A stretch of 64,000 nucleotides of DNA from an uncultured bacterium (GCA_963713855.1 OY970209.1:1280001-1344000), one strand, 5' to 3'. Numbered from the stretch's first letter, positions 19,331-30,238 are shown. Notes: generated by a model not told the origin, from the sequence alone. Numbers and translations: made by a program.

Positions 19331-21256
19331 TCATGCTTCGAACCTGCCCCCTAAGTGCTTTGCTAAGAAAGCCTCAGCTGCAGCATGAAATTGTATGTCA
19401 TTTTCAGGTTTTGCAAATCCATGACCTTCATCTTCAATAAGAAGATATTCATAGGGTATATTTTTAGCCTTAAGCGCCGCCACAAACTGCTCCGATTCTG
19501 CTTGCTTTACACGTGGATCGCGAGCTCCTTGTGCAATAAAAAGCGGTACTTTAAGCTTATCCGCTGCAAAAAGCGGCGAGCGAGATTTTAAAAATTCTGT
19601 CTCTGATATATCCCCTACCCTTCTGTATAAGTCTGCCTTAAATATTGACCAGTATGGAGGCATACTTTCTAAAAGCGTTATCAAATTGCTTGGGCCACAA
19701 AGGCTAATTGCACACGCAAATAAGTCTGGAGTAAAAGTAACTCCGGCAAGCGCTGCATACCCGCCATATGATCCTCCAAATATAGCAACTCTTTTAGGAT
19801 CTGCAATCCCATTTTGAATTGCCCATTCGACAGCATCGACAAGGTCGTTTTGCATATTACGGCCCCATTCGCGATCTCCAGCTCTTTCAAAAGCTTTACC
19901 ATAACCAGTAGACCCGCGGAAATTTACTTGAAGAACAGCATATCCTCGATTTGAAAGCCATTGCACAGTAGGTTCGTATCCCCATTCATCACGCACTTGA
20001 GGCCCACCATGCACGTAAATAACAAGAGGAAGATTTTTGTTTTCAACGCCAACTGGCAGCGTCAGGTAACCATGAATCGTTAATCCATCACGGCTTTTAA
20101 AAGTTATCGATTTCATCGGTGCTAACGCATATGTTTCAAGATCGGGCCTTGCTTTAAAAAGAAGGGTTCCTTTTTTTGTACACACATCGTACATGTAATA
20201 TACTTTCCCCTTGCAATCGCTATCAAAGGCAAGCGTGTACTTCGTTTGATCGTCATTATTTGAAATGAGAGCCAGATCACCGTCGCTTAAAGTAAGCATC
20301 GACCTAAGATGCGTGCCAAATTGTTCATCGATGATCTTAAATACCTTCTTCTCTCTATAGAAGGTCACTGCAAGGAGCTTATTGGTATAAAGGTCTTGAA
20401 GAATTCCTCCAAGATCATACTCAGGGTCATTTGCAATAACCTCTGACGCTTTCGTCGATGGATTGAAGAGTATTAATGAACTGGTATTGCTGTGAGTTGT
20501 ATCTTTTAGGTAAAGAGAAACATTATCATCAGCAAGTCCAAATATATAACTTTCAAAAGCATTTTCTGGGTTCCAAGAAAAAACGGGAAGCCATGCGTTA
20601 TTCGACCAGTAAAGAACATCTGAACTGCCGTCTTTGTTTTTTGTTTTTATAGCACGTGGCTGTAACTGCTTATCAAAAACTACTCCCGCATAGTTACCAG
20701 GATTTTTGAGGATGAGCACCAGATTGCCATCATTGAGATTAAGCTTATAATAGTCAAACAACTCCTTATTATCTTTATTCATAGCAAGGACGATGCTGTC
20801 TTTACATTTTAAGGACGTTTCAATGCCCGGTACGCTAATTCCTTCAAAAGGGGTATAATCACGCACTTTCATCGTTTCTAAGTCAACACCATACAAATGA
20901 TAATTTTCGTCACCTTGGTTATCTTGCAAATACAAAAGTTGCTTGCTATCTGGTGCCCAGTAGTGAGTATCTATAGGCTGCTTGGTACTTCGAGTTACAA
21001 CACGATCGCTGTTACTACCATCAATAGGTTTTACCCATAGATTCATTACTCCATTGAACGGAGCACTATAAGAAAGCTTGGTGCCATCCGGAGAAATGAG
21101 GGGCGCGAATCGGGCAGCATTTCCAAAAAGAATCTTTCGTGGAATAAGCGCCGGCGCACCACCAGCATTCACAAACAGCTTTCTGGGCACCAATAAGCTT
21201 GCCAGAGCGAAAACGCATGCAAGGATAGAAAATACATAAAGTGTTACTCTTTGCAT
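19331..21256 (-). CDS. S9 family peptidase (dipeptidyl aminopeptidase/acylaminoacyl peptidase)
   Basis: N-terminal beta-propeller, VHGGP, GGSYGG, DPRV, DEGHG. Confidence 0.92.
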   Translation of the reverse strand: MQRVTLYVFSILACVFALASLLVPRKLFVNAGGAPALIPRKILFGNAARFAPLISPDGTKLSYSAPFNGVMNLWVKPIDGSNSDRVVTRSTKQPIDTHYWAPDSKQLLYLQDNQGDENYHLYGVDLETMKVRDYTPFEGISVPGIETSLKCKDSIVLAMNKDNKELFDYYKLNLNDGNLVLILKNPGNYAGVVFDKQLQPRAIKTKNKDGSSDVLYWSNNAWLPVFSWNPENAFESYIFGLADDNVSLYLKDTTHSNTSSLILFNPSTKASEVIANDPEYDLGGILQDLYTNKLLAVTFYREKKVFKIIDEQFGTHLRSMLTLSDGDLALISNNDDQTKYTLAFDSDCKGKVYYMYDVCTKKGTLLFKARPDLETYALAPMKSITFKSRDGLTIHGYLTLPVGVENKNLPLVIYVHGGPQVRDEWGYEPTVQWLSNRGYAVLQVNFRGSTGYGKAFERAGDREWGRNMQNDLVDAVEWAIQNGIADPKRVAIFGGSYGGYAALAGVTFTPDLFACAISLCGPSNLITLLESMPPYWSIFKADLYRRVGDISETEFLKSRSPLFAADKLKVPLFIAQGARDPRVKQAESEQFVAALKAKNIPYEYLLIEDEGHGFAKPENDIQFHAAAEAFLAKHLGGRFEA

Positions 21257-21317
21257 CCTTAAAAATCCCTATCTTATAAGAAATCCTGTCGTGTCTACTT
21301 TAACAAGAACCAGGAAT

Positions 21318-23243
21318 TCAGTTTTCATGCCTTCCACCAAGATGCTTTGCTAAGAAGGCTTCAGCCTGGGCATAAAAGCACATTTTATTATGCGGCTTCA
21401 CAAAGCCATGTCCCTCATCTTCGACAAGAAGATATTCGCAAGGTATATTTTTCTCTTTAAGCGCGGCGACAAATTGCTCTGACTCTGCTTGTTTAATACG
21501 GGGATCACGACCGCCCTGTGCAATAAAGAGAGGTACTTTAAGCTTATCAGCCGCAAAAAGAGGAGAGCGCGACTTTAAAAATTCTGTCTCCGAAATATCC
21601 CCGATCCTTCTATACAGGTCCGATTTATAGATATTCCAATAAGGAGGTATCGTCTCCAAGAATGTTTGCAAGTTACTTGGTCCACATAAGCTGACACCGC
21701 AAGCAAATAAGTCAGGAGTAAAGGTAACGCCTGCAAGTGCCGCGTAGCCACCATATGAGCCGCCAAATATCGAAACTTTCTTAGGATCTGCAATACCCTC
21801 TTTTACCGCCCACTCAACGGCATCGACAAGGTCATTCTGCATATTGCGGCCCCACTCGCGATCACCGGCTCTTTCAAACATTTTACCGTAACCTCTTGAG
21901 CCGCGGTAGTTTACTTGAAGAACTGCGTATCCACGATTAGAAAGCCATTGTACCCGATCAGAAAAACCCCAATTATCCCGAAGATGCGGACCACCATGAA
22001 CAAAAAGCACGAGTGGAAGACTTTTACCTTCAATTCCGACGGGAAGCGTTAAATAGCCATGAATTTTTAGTCCGTCTCGGCTTTTGAAAGATATCGGCTG
22101 CATTGGCGCAAATGTATATGCATCACGATCCGGGTGAGCTTTAAAAAGGAAGGTTCCCTTTTTAGTACGAGCATCATAAGAATAATAGAGCGTGCTATGC
22201 GTGTCGCTTGAAAAAGCGATAATGTAGACCGTTTCATCATCGTTCGTTGAGACGATGTTCATATTACCAGGATTAAGTGCAAGCATTGCAGTTAGATGTT
22301 TTTCAAACTCAGCATCAAGTGCTTGATATATCTTTCTTTCTTTGTAGAAGCTTACCGCAAGTAACTTATTAGTATTAGCATCTTGCCACATGCCTCCAAA
22401 ATCATATTCAGGATCTTGAGCTATAATTTTAGACGTCTTTGTTAAAGGATTAAAAAGAACCAATGTACTGGTGTTGCTATCGGTTGTGCTTTCAAGATAA
22501 AGAGAAACATCGTCCTCGGCCAAGCTTGCAAGTCCGCTTTGAACAGCATTTTCAGGGTCCCAAGTAAAAACTTTAACCCATGCTCCATCTTGCCAATAAA
22601 GGACATCAAGACTTCCGTCCTCATTTTTTGAATTAATTGCTCGAGGCTGAAAGCGCTTATCAAAAACGACACCTGAGTAAGTACCAGGATTTTTAAGTAT
22701 AAGCTCAGTCGTACCATCTACAAGATTGAGCTTGTAGTAGTCAAATAGGGCCTTATTTTCCTTATTCATAGCTATGAGTACGGTATCTTTTATATTTCTA
22801 GACATCTCAACAACTGATGCACGAGTATTTTCAAAAGGCGTATAATCGCGAACTTTCTTCGTTTCAAGATCAACACCGTAGACGTGACTATTTTCATCAC
22901 CATTGCCGTCTTGTAAGTATAAAAGCTGGTTTCCGTCTGGTGACCAGAAGTAAGACATTATTGGCTGATCAGTGCTTTTTGTAATGACCTCTCCTTGATC
23001 CCCGTCAATCGACTTGACCCAGAGATTCATAACTCCGTTAAAAGGGGCGCTGTAAGCAATTTTTGTCCCATTGGGCGAAATACGCGGCGCTATCCTTTCT
23101 GGATTTCCAAAAAGCACCGAGCGCGGAATTAAACGAGGCATCGTAGCCTCTTTTGTCAGGGGTTGTTTAAACATAAAAAAACTCGCTCCTATAACAGTGC
23201 AAGCTATAATTGGATATAAAGAAATTTTCATGGTCTTATACAT
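21318..23243 (-). CDS. S9 family peptidase, tandem paralog
   Basis: Same motifs (VHGGP, GGSYGG, DPRI, DEGHG) and same length (641 aa) as its neighbour. Confidence 0.92.
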   Translation of the reverse strand: MYKTMKISLYPIIACTVIGASFFMFKQPLTKEATMPRLIPRSVLFGNPERIAPRISPNGTKIAYSAPFNGVMNLWVKSIDGDQGEVITKSTDQPIMSYFWSPDGNQLLYLQDGNGDENSHVYGVDLETKKVRDYTPFENTRASVVEMSRNIKDTVLIAMNKENKALFDYYKLNLVDGTTELILKNPGTYSGVVFDKRFQPRAINSKNEDGSLDVLYWQDGAWVKVFTWDPENAVQSGLASLAEDDVSLYLESTTDSNTSTLVLFNPLTKTSKIIAQDPEYDFGGMWQDANTNKLLAVSFYKERKIYQALDAEFEKHLTAMLALNPGNMNIVSTNDDETVYIIAFSSDTHSTLYYSYDARTKKGTFLFKAHPDRDAYTFAPMQPISFKSRDGLKIHGYLTLPVGIEGKSLPLVLFVHGGPHLRDNWGFSDRVQWLSNRGYAVLQVNYRGSRGYGKMFERAGDREWGRNMQNDLVDAVEWAVKEGIADPKKVSIFGGSYGGYAALAGVTFTPDLFACGVSLCGPSNLQTFLETIPPYWNIYKSDLYRRIGDISETEFLKSRSPLFAADKLKVPLFIAQGGRDPRIKQAESEQFVAALKEKNIPCEYLLVEDEGHGFVKPHNKMCFYAQAEAFLAKHLGGRHEN

Positions 23244-23408
23244 TCGCTTCCTTACTCAGTACAGATTCAAAATCATAATCATACATTTATTATTTTAAAT
23301 TGAAATAAAATTTTGTCTAGCCGACATTAAACTTGTAACAGATAATAAGAAATTTCTCAAGTGCGGGAATTTAGTGACGGGAGGAGGGGGGAATAGGTAC
23401 TTCCAAAC

Positions 23409-23436
23409 AAAAAAGGCCCTTGAGAGGGCCTTTTTT
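23409..23436. terminator. Rho-independent terminator, bidirectional type
   Basis: AAAAAA-GGCCCT-TGAG-AGGGCC-TTTTTT, just downstream of the minus-strand gene ending at 23464. Confidence 0.8.
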
Positions 23437-23463
23437 ATACGCTTTAAACCTGTTGTGGGGCGG

Positions 23464-23751
23464 TTATTTTACCATTCCCGCAGGTGTGGTTACAGGACGT
23501 GGGGTAGCTGGCGCTTTAGGCGCTGCAGGTTCAACAGCCATCCTATGCGCTGCGTCAGCTACTGTTGCTGCTGCTACAGGTAACGCTTTTTCAACCGTTG
23601 GCATACGATTGCGCATGAAGTAGTATGCAATTGCGCCAAGTACAAGAAGACCTATCAAAGCTGGAAAGAGCCAAGACATATCGTCTTTATGCTTCGTATC
23701 GTAATCGCGCTTATCGCGTACATCATCTCTCATATCTCTATTATTTGTCAT
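23464..23751 (-). CDS. Small single-pass membrane protein
   Basis: AAAGGAG RBS, charged N-terminus, one TM helix, Ala/Pro-rich tail and its own terminator. Confidence 0.75.
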   Translation of the reverse strand: MTNNRDMRDDVRDKRDYDTKHKDDMSWLFPALIGLLVLGAIAYYFMRNRMPTVEKALPVAAATVADAAHRMAVEPAAPKAPATPRPVTTPAGMVK

Positions 23752-23865
23752 GATATCTCCTTTAATTAAAGGCTAATGCTCCTTTATGAACTCAATGTTC
23801 ATACGATACTAGACTAACCAATTTTTCGAGCAATAATCAAGCATTTTATCATATCAAGCTTTCGT

Positions 23866-26220
23866 TTAAAGGCAATTATTTAAACATACGCTCGCGCTTT
23901 CAAGCGTAAGAAGCGGCGCATCAATCGTACAAAAAAAGTGCTTACTTGCGAGATCTTGAATATAAGCCTGACACTTACGCTCATCTAAAACGATATCGAA
24001 AAGCTTACAGAAAGCTTGAGGAAATGGTTCAATTAAATTCCACGATGCTTTATAGCGGTAAGAACCCAAACTAAAGCTTACCTCATTGATACTTTGCTCT
24101 TCCTGAACATCAAGAATCTCTTTCAATCCTGAAGGTTTTTTATTAACAAAAACAACATCTCTAAAAGTCTGTAAAGAAGCATAGGGCACTTCCTTCAGAA
24201 AAATATCTTGCACACAGGTAAGCTCTTTTATAAAAAATATTTTTGTTACGTTTATGGCGGGACAACAAAAAAAGCTAGCTGCTATCTCACTAAAAGGGTA
24301 ACCAGCTGCTCGGATGGCTGCGAATCTATGGGAAGCAGAGCCGGGAATCATGGAAACAAAAGCAGGAAATAATGGGATATTAACAACATCAATATCAAGC
24401 ACTGGATAGTCGGAGCAGTATAAAAAAAGCACATCTGCTGCAGGTATGATCACCTCCGCTTTTGGGTTTTTTGTAGTGCTGCCTTGAAGCACAAAAAACT
24501 TATTTGAAAGATCAATAACTCTAAAATGAGCCTCATGCGGCAACCTCATCGAAGGAATATTTTTAATCTCGTTACGCTCTAGGGATAGTGCATCGACTCT
24601 TAGAACATCACCCACCACGAACCGTATCAACTGCTTACAAAGTGCGGATATTTTCTGCCAAATGCCCAAAATAAACGTCCGCCAGGAAGGTGCATTAAAA
24701 TCTTGAACTTTGTGTACAGGGCTTACTGAACTTAGCATAGAATGCAGCGCCGGGGCAGAAAGTGGGCAAGCGTGAGCGTGAGCAAAAAAACTCGAAAACT
24801 GATACGGGCTATCAATGGTAAGCGCAGCGTTTTTCCAATCCACAAGCCGCTCAAATGGTATAGGCCAAAAGACGGATTCAAATTGGTTATGATAATAAGA
24901 AAGGTGTAATGAGGGAGATTTACTCGTTGAAGGCGCTTCGGCTAAAGCATCTGAAAGCACGGCGTAGTTTAACTCATAAGAAAGACCAGTCAAGGGATTC
25001 GTATAGGTAGTTATAAAGGGCTCACCCCCTGCAGAACAGGTCGAATAGAAGAAAAATCGCGTTTTGATGCTGTCATTGAGGAAGAGTAAAAAAGCCTGAA
25101 ACTGATCTACAGGAAGCCCTACTATAGTATTAAGTGCGCGCAACGCGGCCTTACGCTTGCGACCTTTAAAAACATTCTCTTCCTGCTCTTTGAGAGTCTT
25201 ACACTCAATATCCAATTTGAAGGAACGCTTACATTCTTCTTGAAGCTTTTTCAGTAGACGCTCTTCATGACAAAGCAGTTTTTCTTGTTCATGTAACTGT
25301 TCATAGGCATTATGAGAAAAATTGCCATGACCAAGCATATAGATAACCCAATTTACAGGTGGTCGGCCTTCAAGCTCTTTATTCTTTACAAAAAGTTCTT
25401 GCATCATCGGAACAAAGGCATCGTAATAATTTGAACAATGAGCTTCTTGTACATCCATTTGACTTGGAAAAACATCAGGGTAATGGTCAATTTTCAAACC
25501 GCAAAGCCATTCACGATCAGTCAAACCCCCGTTTTCCACATTTGCAGTCAATACTTTTCTAAGCGCTAAATAGCTGTGCGGTACAAAAAGATAAAAAACA
25601 GCTTGAGGATGTTCGGGGTGTATAAGCCTTTTTACAAGATACCGATCCATAGGCACGTATGCGCACATAAGATATGAAAGTACCTCTTTCCATAAAGGAG
25701 CATCAAGGTTTTGCAGGGACGGTGGAGCAGCACTTTGATCAAAGAGCGGATCTTCGCGCAACAGGCGTTCTAGCTTAGATAATGAGTAGGGATACGATTC
25801 ATAGATGTGCTTGGAAAAATGGTTATAAAGGCTACGCACATACGAAACTGCTTCTTTAAAATCTCTAACGGACCCGGAAGCAGCAAAGCGTTTATACGCC
25901 TTATATTCTTTTAAAAGTACGTCCAATGAGGCTGAATCAAAATCTTCAAAAAGCTTTTTGTGGTAAAGCAGCGTGTGCCACAAGGGAGCGGGAACCAGAA
26001 TGGGTGCTGCTTCTTGATAAAAAGCAGTTACCAATAAGCTCAGCGTGGCGCCAAAGTTGCAGGTATCAAGGGCAAGTTTATTATCAATGTTTTCAAAACA
26101 ACCGTATTCGTAAGCAATAAGCATATTGCCTAAAAGCTTTTTACAAGATGCTGGTAAAGCGGTATATACGATAAACGTGCATACAAAAATGCGCAACGCA
26201 TCAAAAAATATTCTTGCCAT
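23866..26220 (-). CDS. Secreted hypothetical protein with putative clan CD (caspase/CHAT-like) protease dyad
   Basis: 784 aa with a signal-like N-terminus, VIYMLGHG and FFYSTCSAGG. Confidence 0.65.
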   Translation of the reverse strand: MARIFFDALRIFVCTFIVYTALPASCKKLLGNMLIAYEYGCFENIDNKLALDTCNFGATLSLLVTAFYQEAAPILVPAPLWHTLLYHKKLFEDFDSASLDVLLKEYKAYKRFAASGSVRDFKEAVSYVRSLYNHFSKHIYESYPYSLSKLERLLREDPLFDQSAAPPSLQNLDAPLWKEVLSYLMCAYVPMDRYLVKRLIHPEHPQAVFYLFVPHSYLALRKVLTANVENGGLTDREWLCGLKIDHYPDVFPSQMDVQEAHCSNYYDAFVPMMQELFVKNKELEGRPPVNWVIYMLGHGNFSHNAYEQLHEQEKLLCHEERLLKKLQEECKRSFKLDIECKTLKEQEENVFKGRKRKAALRALNTIVGLPVDQFQAFLLFLNDSIKTRFFFYSTCSAGGEPFITTYTNPLTGLSYELNYAVLSDALAEAPSTSKSPSLHLSYYHNQFESVFWPIPFERLVDWKNAALTIDSPYQFSSFFAHAHACPLSAPALHSMLSSVSPVHKVQDFNAPSWRTFILGIWQKISALCKQLIRFVVGDVLRVDALSLERNEIKNIPSMRLPHEAHFRVIDLSNKFFVLQGSTTKNPKAEVIIPAADVLFLYCSDYPVLDIDVVNIPLFPAFVSMIPGSASHRFAAIRAAGYPFSEIAASFFCCPAINVTKIFFIKELTCVQDIFLKEVPYASLQTFRDVVFVNKKPSGLKEILDVQEEQSINEVSFSLGSYRYKASWNLIEPFPQAFCKLFDIVLDERKCQAYIQDLASKHFFCTIDAPLLTLESASVCLNNCL

Positions 26221-26323
26221 GAGTTCGAGTATACTTGAAAGAAATTGCTTTAAAAAGAGGCAGTATTTGCGAAAAAAAAGAAGGCGGCTATACTGAATGT
26301 AAAGAGAAAACTTTCATGTTAGG

Positions 26324-27637
26324 ATGCCCATTATGTCAACCCCTTCAGTCTCATTAGAAACGCTTGTTTCACTTTGTAAACGCAGGGGATTTGTTTTTCC
26401 TTCAAGCGAAATCTATGGGGGATTGAATGGGGTGTATGATATGGGGCCTTTGGGAGCCCTTCTAAGAAATAACATAAAAAAAGCCTGGAGCCAAAGCCTT
26501 AAAGATCTTGATCTTGAAATTTTTTTTATGGATGGGGCACTGCTTGGACCATCTGCACTTTGGGAAGCTTCAGGACACGTTGCAAGTTTTCAGGATCCCC
26601 TGGTCGATTGCCTTACTTGTAAACACCGCTATCGCGCAGATGACATTGATCTTACAAAAGGGTGCCCGCATTGCGGTGCTCATACCTGGACAGATGTTCG
26701 TCAATTTAACATGATGTTTAAAACACAACTCGGAGCTTCAACTCAAGAAGCATCGATCGCTTATTTAAGGCCTGAGACCGCGCAGACTGTTTTTGCAAAT
26801 TTTAAAAATGTCATGACAACCATGAGAGCTAAAATGCCTTTTGGTATTGCTCAAATAGGAAAGGCATTTAGAAACGAGATCACACCTAAGCAGTTTCTTT
26901 TTCGCATGCGTGAATTCGAGCAAATGGAGATTGAATGGTTTTGTACTCAAAAGGATGCTCTTTCCTTCTTTGATTTCTGGCTAAATCAGCGCTTCACCTT
27001 CTTTCAGGCAATTGGCTTAAAGCCCGAACACCTTAGGAAGCGTGCCCATGAAAAAGAAGAGCTTGCACATTACTCGCAAGCTACCAGCGATATTGAGTTT
27101 ATGTTTCCTTTTGGATGGAAAGAACTCGAAGGTGTTGCGTACCGAGGAAATTTTGACCTTAGTCAGCACAGTAAGCACTCAGGGAAAGATTTAAGCGTGC
27201 ACGAAGAAGAGACTGGCCAATCGTATATTCCTCAGGTCGTTGAGTGTTCCGTGGGAGTAGATAGGCTCATGCTCGCACTATTGAGTGACGCGTACTACGA
27301 AGATGTTGTCGACGGGGAACAGCGCGTTGTGCTGCGCCTTCATCCTACAATAGCTCCTATTAAAGCTGCCTTCTTTCCACTAAGCAAAACTCAAGCGGGA
27401 GCTGCAGAAGAGCTTTACAAAGAATTTAAACGCAAGGGGTACAGCGTCACCTATGATGTATCTGGGTCTATTGGCCGCCGTTATCGGCGCCAGGATGAGA
27501 TTGGTACACCGTATTGCTTTACGTACGATTTTGACAGCGATGCCGATAAGACTTTGACCGTTCGTTATAGAGATTCTATGAAACAAGAACGTATCAGTAT
27601 TGATCGCATTGAAGAATTTCTTAAAAATGTTACCTAA
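26324..27637 (+). CDS. glyQS: Glycine--tRNA ligase (alpha2 type)
   Basis: KRRGFVFPSSEIYGG, YLRPETAQ, GKAFRNEI, RMREFEQME, GSIGRRYRRQDEIGTP. Confidence 0.97.
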   Translation: MPIMSTPSVSLETLVSLCKRRGFVFPSSEIYGGLNGVYDMGPLGALLRNNIKKAWSQSLKDLDLEIFFMDGALLGPSALWEASGHVASFQDPLVDCLTCKHRYRADDIDLTKGCPHCGAHTWTDVRQFNMMFKTQLGASTQEASIAYLRPETAQTVFANFKNVMTTMRAKMPFGIAQIGKAFRNEITPKQFLFRMREFEQMEIEWFCTQKDALSFFDFWLNQRFTFFQAIGLKPEHLRKRAHEKEELAHYSQATSDIEFMFPFGWKELEGVAYRGNFDLSQHSKHSGKDLSVHEEETGQSYIPQVVECSVGVDRLMLALLSDAYYEDVVDGEQRVVLRLHPTIAPIKAAFFPLSKTQAGAAEELYKEFKRKGYSVTYDVSGSIGRRYRRQDEIGTPYCFTYDFDSDADKTLTVRYRDSMKQERISIDRIEEFLKNVT

Positions 27638-27650
27638 AAAGCCCTGACGT

Positions 27651-28217
27651 ATGAAAAAACTGTATCTATGGGCTCGCCAAAAAGTACATAGCCCTTATGC
27701 ACTTCCCATTTTTACGCTTCTTGTATTTGTTGAAGGATTTCTGTTCATGCCTGTCAACACGCTTCTTTTCATTTACGGCGTAGAGTGGCCTGAGCGTGTA
27801 TGGACTTATGCTCGACTTGCATGGATCGCCTCTATTTTAGGGGGAATAACTGCTTATGGCATAGGCTCGTTGTTGCCTTACTGCGGCGCTGAAAAACTGC
27901 TCTGTTATCTTTTTTCGCCCGAAAGCCTTGCCTCCTTTGGCGCTCAATATTGTCAAAAAGGGGCTTATATCGCTTTTATGTATGGTTTATTACCTCTACC
28001 CTATAAGATTATTACCATTTCAGCAGGTTTTTTCCATGTTCCATTTATCCCTTTTGTGCTAAGCATCGCTGCTGCACGAGCTATACGGTTTTTTGGAATA
28101 GGTTTAGCCCTTTCGCTGTGGGGCAAGCAATTGCAACAAATTATTGATCGTCATTTTGCTCTCTGTGTATTCTTGGTCATTGTAACCATAATACTGATGC
28201 TCAAATTCTCACTCTAA
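27651..28217 (+). CDS. YqaA/DedA (VTT domain) membrane protein
   Basis: ASILGGITAYGIG, PLPYKIITISAG, RAIRFF. Confidence 0.85.
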   Translation: MKKLYLWARQKVHSPYALPIFTLLVFVEGFLFMPVNTLLFIYGVEWPERVWTYARLAWIASILGGITAYGIGSLLPYCGAEKLLCYLFSPESLASFGAQYCQKGAYIAFMYGLLPLPYKIITISAGFFHVPFIPFVLSIAAARAIRFFGIGLALSLWGKQLQQIIDRHFALCVFLVIVTIILMLKFSL

Positions 28218-28218
28218 T

Positions 28219-29571
28219 GTGCTTGGAGAATGCGTGTTTCACCTTCCATCTATCGAACTTACTCCCGGACGCACGATAGTACTTTCTCTTTTAGGTACTA
28301 TATCCATCGGAGTAGCTCTCTTGTCGCTACCATTCGCTCATAAGACGAGTGTTGCTTTTTTAGATGTGCTCTTTACCGCTGTATCCTCAACATGCGGCAC
28401 AGGACTTTTGACCGTACCTCTTCAATCATTCTCTCTCTTTGGACAATTTATTATTTTAGCTCTTATACAGATCGGGGGGCTTGGTATAATCACTTTAAGC
28501 CTTTTTTTGGTTTCTTTTTTTATCGATATCGGGTTAGGAACTCAGTTTTTGGCAGGAAGGATGTTCGAGATCGAGGGAACACGCCCTGTCCGCCGCCTTA
28601 TTAAATTTATTGTTCTTTGCACACTCAGCATCGAAGCTCTTGGAGCGTTCTGCATTTGGCTATCTGTGCCGGCCGGACACACTCAGGGACATCCGCTCTT
28701 TTATGCTTGGTTTCACGCTATATCCTCATTTTGTAATGCAGGTATTAGCACCTTTCCTTTTGAGCTCGACATTTTTCGAAACAATCTCGCGCTCCTTTTT
28801 GTAACTTCGCTTCTCGTTACTATAGGCGGTTTAGGATTTATTAGTTTGAGAGAATTGATAACACGCTATGATCCCTTACATCACGATAGGCGCTTACATC
28901 TATCATTGAACACTAAAGTGATTTTAACAACAACTTTATGCATCATCGCTGTAGGCTTCGTATTATTATGGGTTTTAGAACGTACGCATTCATTTTCAGG
29001 TGCTCCAACCTTAACAGCTGCAGTAAATATGCTGTTTAATGTAACGTGTGGCAGAAGCGCAGGATTTACTACATTTGATATGCCACTTATTCGTTCATCG
29101 ACACTCTTTGTTATCATCGTACTCTGCTTTATAGGTTCTTCTCCAGGATCCACGGGTAGCGGTATTAAAACGACTACTTTTGCCCTTCTTTTAGCAACTA
29201 TTAGAACTGTTATTACGGGAAGAAGAACGGTCGAATTAAAAAAGCGTACGATACCTAATGAGCACGTTTTTAAGGCTCTTTCAATACTTGCTCTCAGCTT
29301 AACGTGGATTGCTCTTGGCTTTTTTGTGCTACTCATTTCTGAAGAAAAGTGGGGTTTTTCAGACATCATGTTTGAAGCTTTTTCTGCATTCGCCAATATG
29401 GGTCTATCGACGGGCTTAACACCCTACTTATCAAAAGTTGGTAAATTCGTTATTATATTACTTATGATTATCGGAAGAATTGGTTCATTAACACTTATTC
29501 TTGCACTTAAAAGACGCAAGGAAAGCCCAGCTGATATACGCTACCCTGAAGAACGAATCGCACTCAGCTAA
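28219..29571 (+). CDS. Potassium uptake channel subunit TrkH/KtrB
   Basis: TAVSS.CGTGL, LIQIGGLG, FHAISSFCNAG, RSAGF, GSSPGSTGSGIKTTT, SAFANMGLS. Confidence 0.92.
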   Translation: MLGECVFHLPSIELTPGRTIVLSLLGTISIGVALLSLPFAHKTSVAFLDVLFTAVSSTCGTGLLTVPLQSFSLFGQFIILALIQIGGLGIITLSLFLVSFFIDIGLGTQFLAGRMFEIEGTRPVRRLIKFIVLCTLSIEALGAFCIWLSVPAGHTQGHPLFYAWFHAISSFCNAGISTFPFELDIFRNNLALLFVTSLLVTIGGLGFISLRELITRYDPLHHDRRLHLSLNTKVILTTTLCIIAVGFVLLWVLERTHSFSGAPTLTAAVNMLFNVTCGRSAGFTTFDMPLIRSSTLFVIIVLCFIGSSPGSTGSGIKTTTFALLLATIRTVITGRRTVELKKRTIPNEHVFKALSILALSLTWIALGFFVLLISEEKWGFSDIMFEAFSAFANMGLSTGLTPYLSKVGKFVIILLMIIGRIGSLTLILALKRRKESPADIRYPEERIALS

Positions 29572-29596
29572 GTAAATCAATAGGAATAACAATAGT

Positions 29597-30238
29597 ATGA
29601 AGTTTTGTGTCATTGGCGTCGGCCGCTTTGGTTTTCAGGTTGCTGTTACGCTTGCAGATAACGGGATGGAAGTCCTAGCTGTAGATAGTAATGAAAGTAT
29701 GATTGCTTCACTGCGCGACCGCGTAACTCAAGCCATCTGCATGCGTGTTGCAGATGAGGCTGCCCTTCGCACTATTGGCATTGAAGAAATGGATACGGTC
29801 GTTGTTGCCATGGGCGAGAATTTTGCTCAGTCAATCCTGGTTACAGCACTGTTAAAACAAAAGTTACACGTCCCTCGCGTTATTGCAAGAGCGGTTAACG
29901 AGCTTCACAGAGATGTGCTAACACTTGTTGGCGCTGATCGCGTTGTTCTGCCCGAGCAGGAGATGGGCGAGCGCCTTGCTGCCAACCTAAGCCTTCCTTT
30001 CAACGTTGTAGCTTCATTAGCTCCAGGATATGCTATCAGTCAACAAACGGTGCCAGAAAGGTTTATAAAAAAATCTTTCCAATCTATACGTCTTCAAGAA
30101 AACTTTAACGTGCAATGCCTTGGCCTTAAAGTTGAAGACACAATCGCGCCCGTAGAGCCAGATTATATCTTTCAAGAAGGCGATCTCTTGCTGCTTTCAG
30201 GTGCGCACAAAGATCTCGCACGAATGGCTCAACTATAA
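29597..30238 (+). CDS. Potassium uptake regulatory subunit TrkA/KtrA
   Basis: VIGVGRFG Rossmann fold (RCK-N), GADRVVLPE, RCK-C. Confidence 0.92.
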   Translation: MKFCVIGVGRFGFQVAVTLADNGMEVLAVDSNESMIASLRDRVTQAICMRVADEAALRTIGIEEMDTVVVAMGENFAQSILVTALLKQKLHVPRVIARAVNELHRDVLTLVGADRVVLPEQEMGERLAANLSLPFNVVASLAPGYAISQQTVPERFIKKSFQSIRLQENFNVQCLGLKVEDTIAPVEPDYIFQEGDLLLLSGAHKDLARMAQL

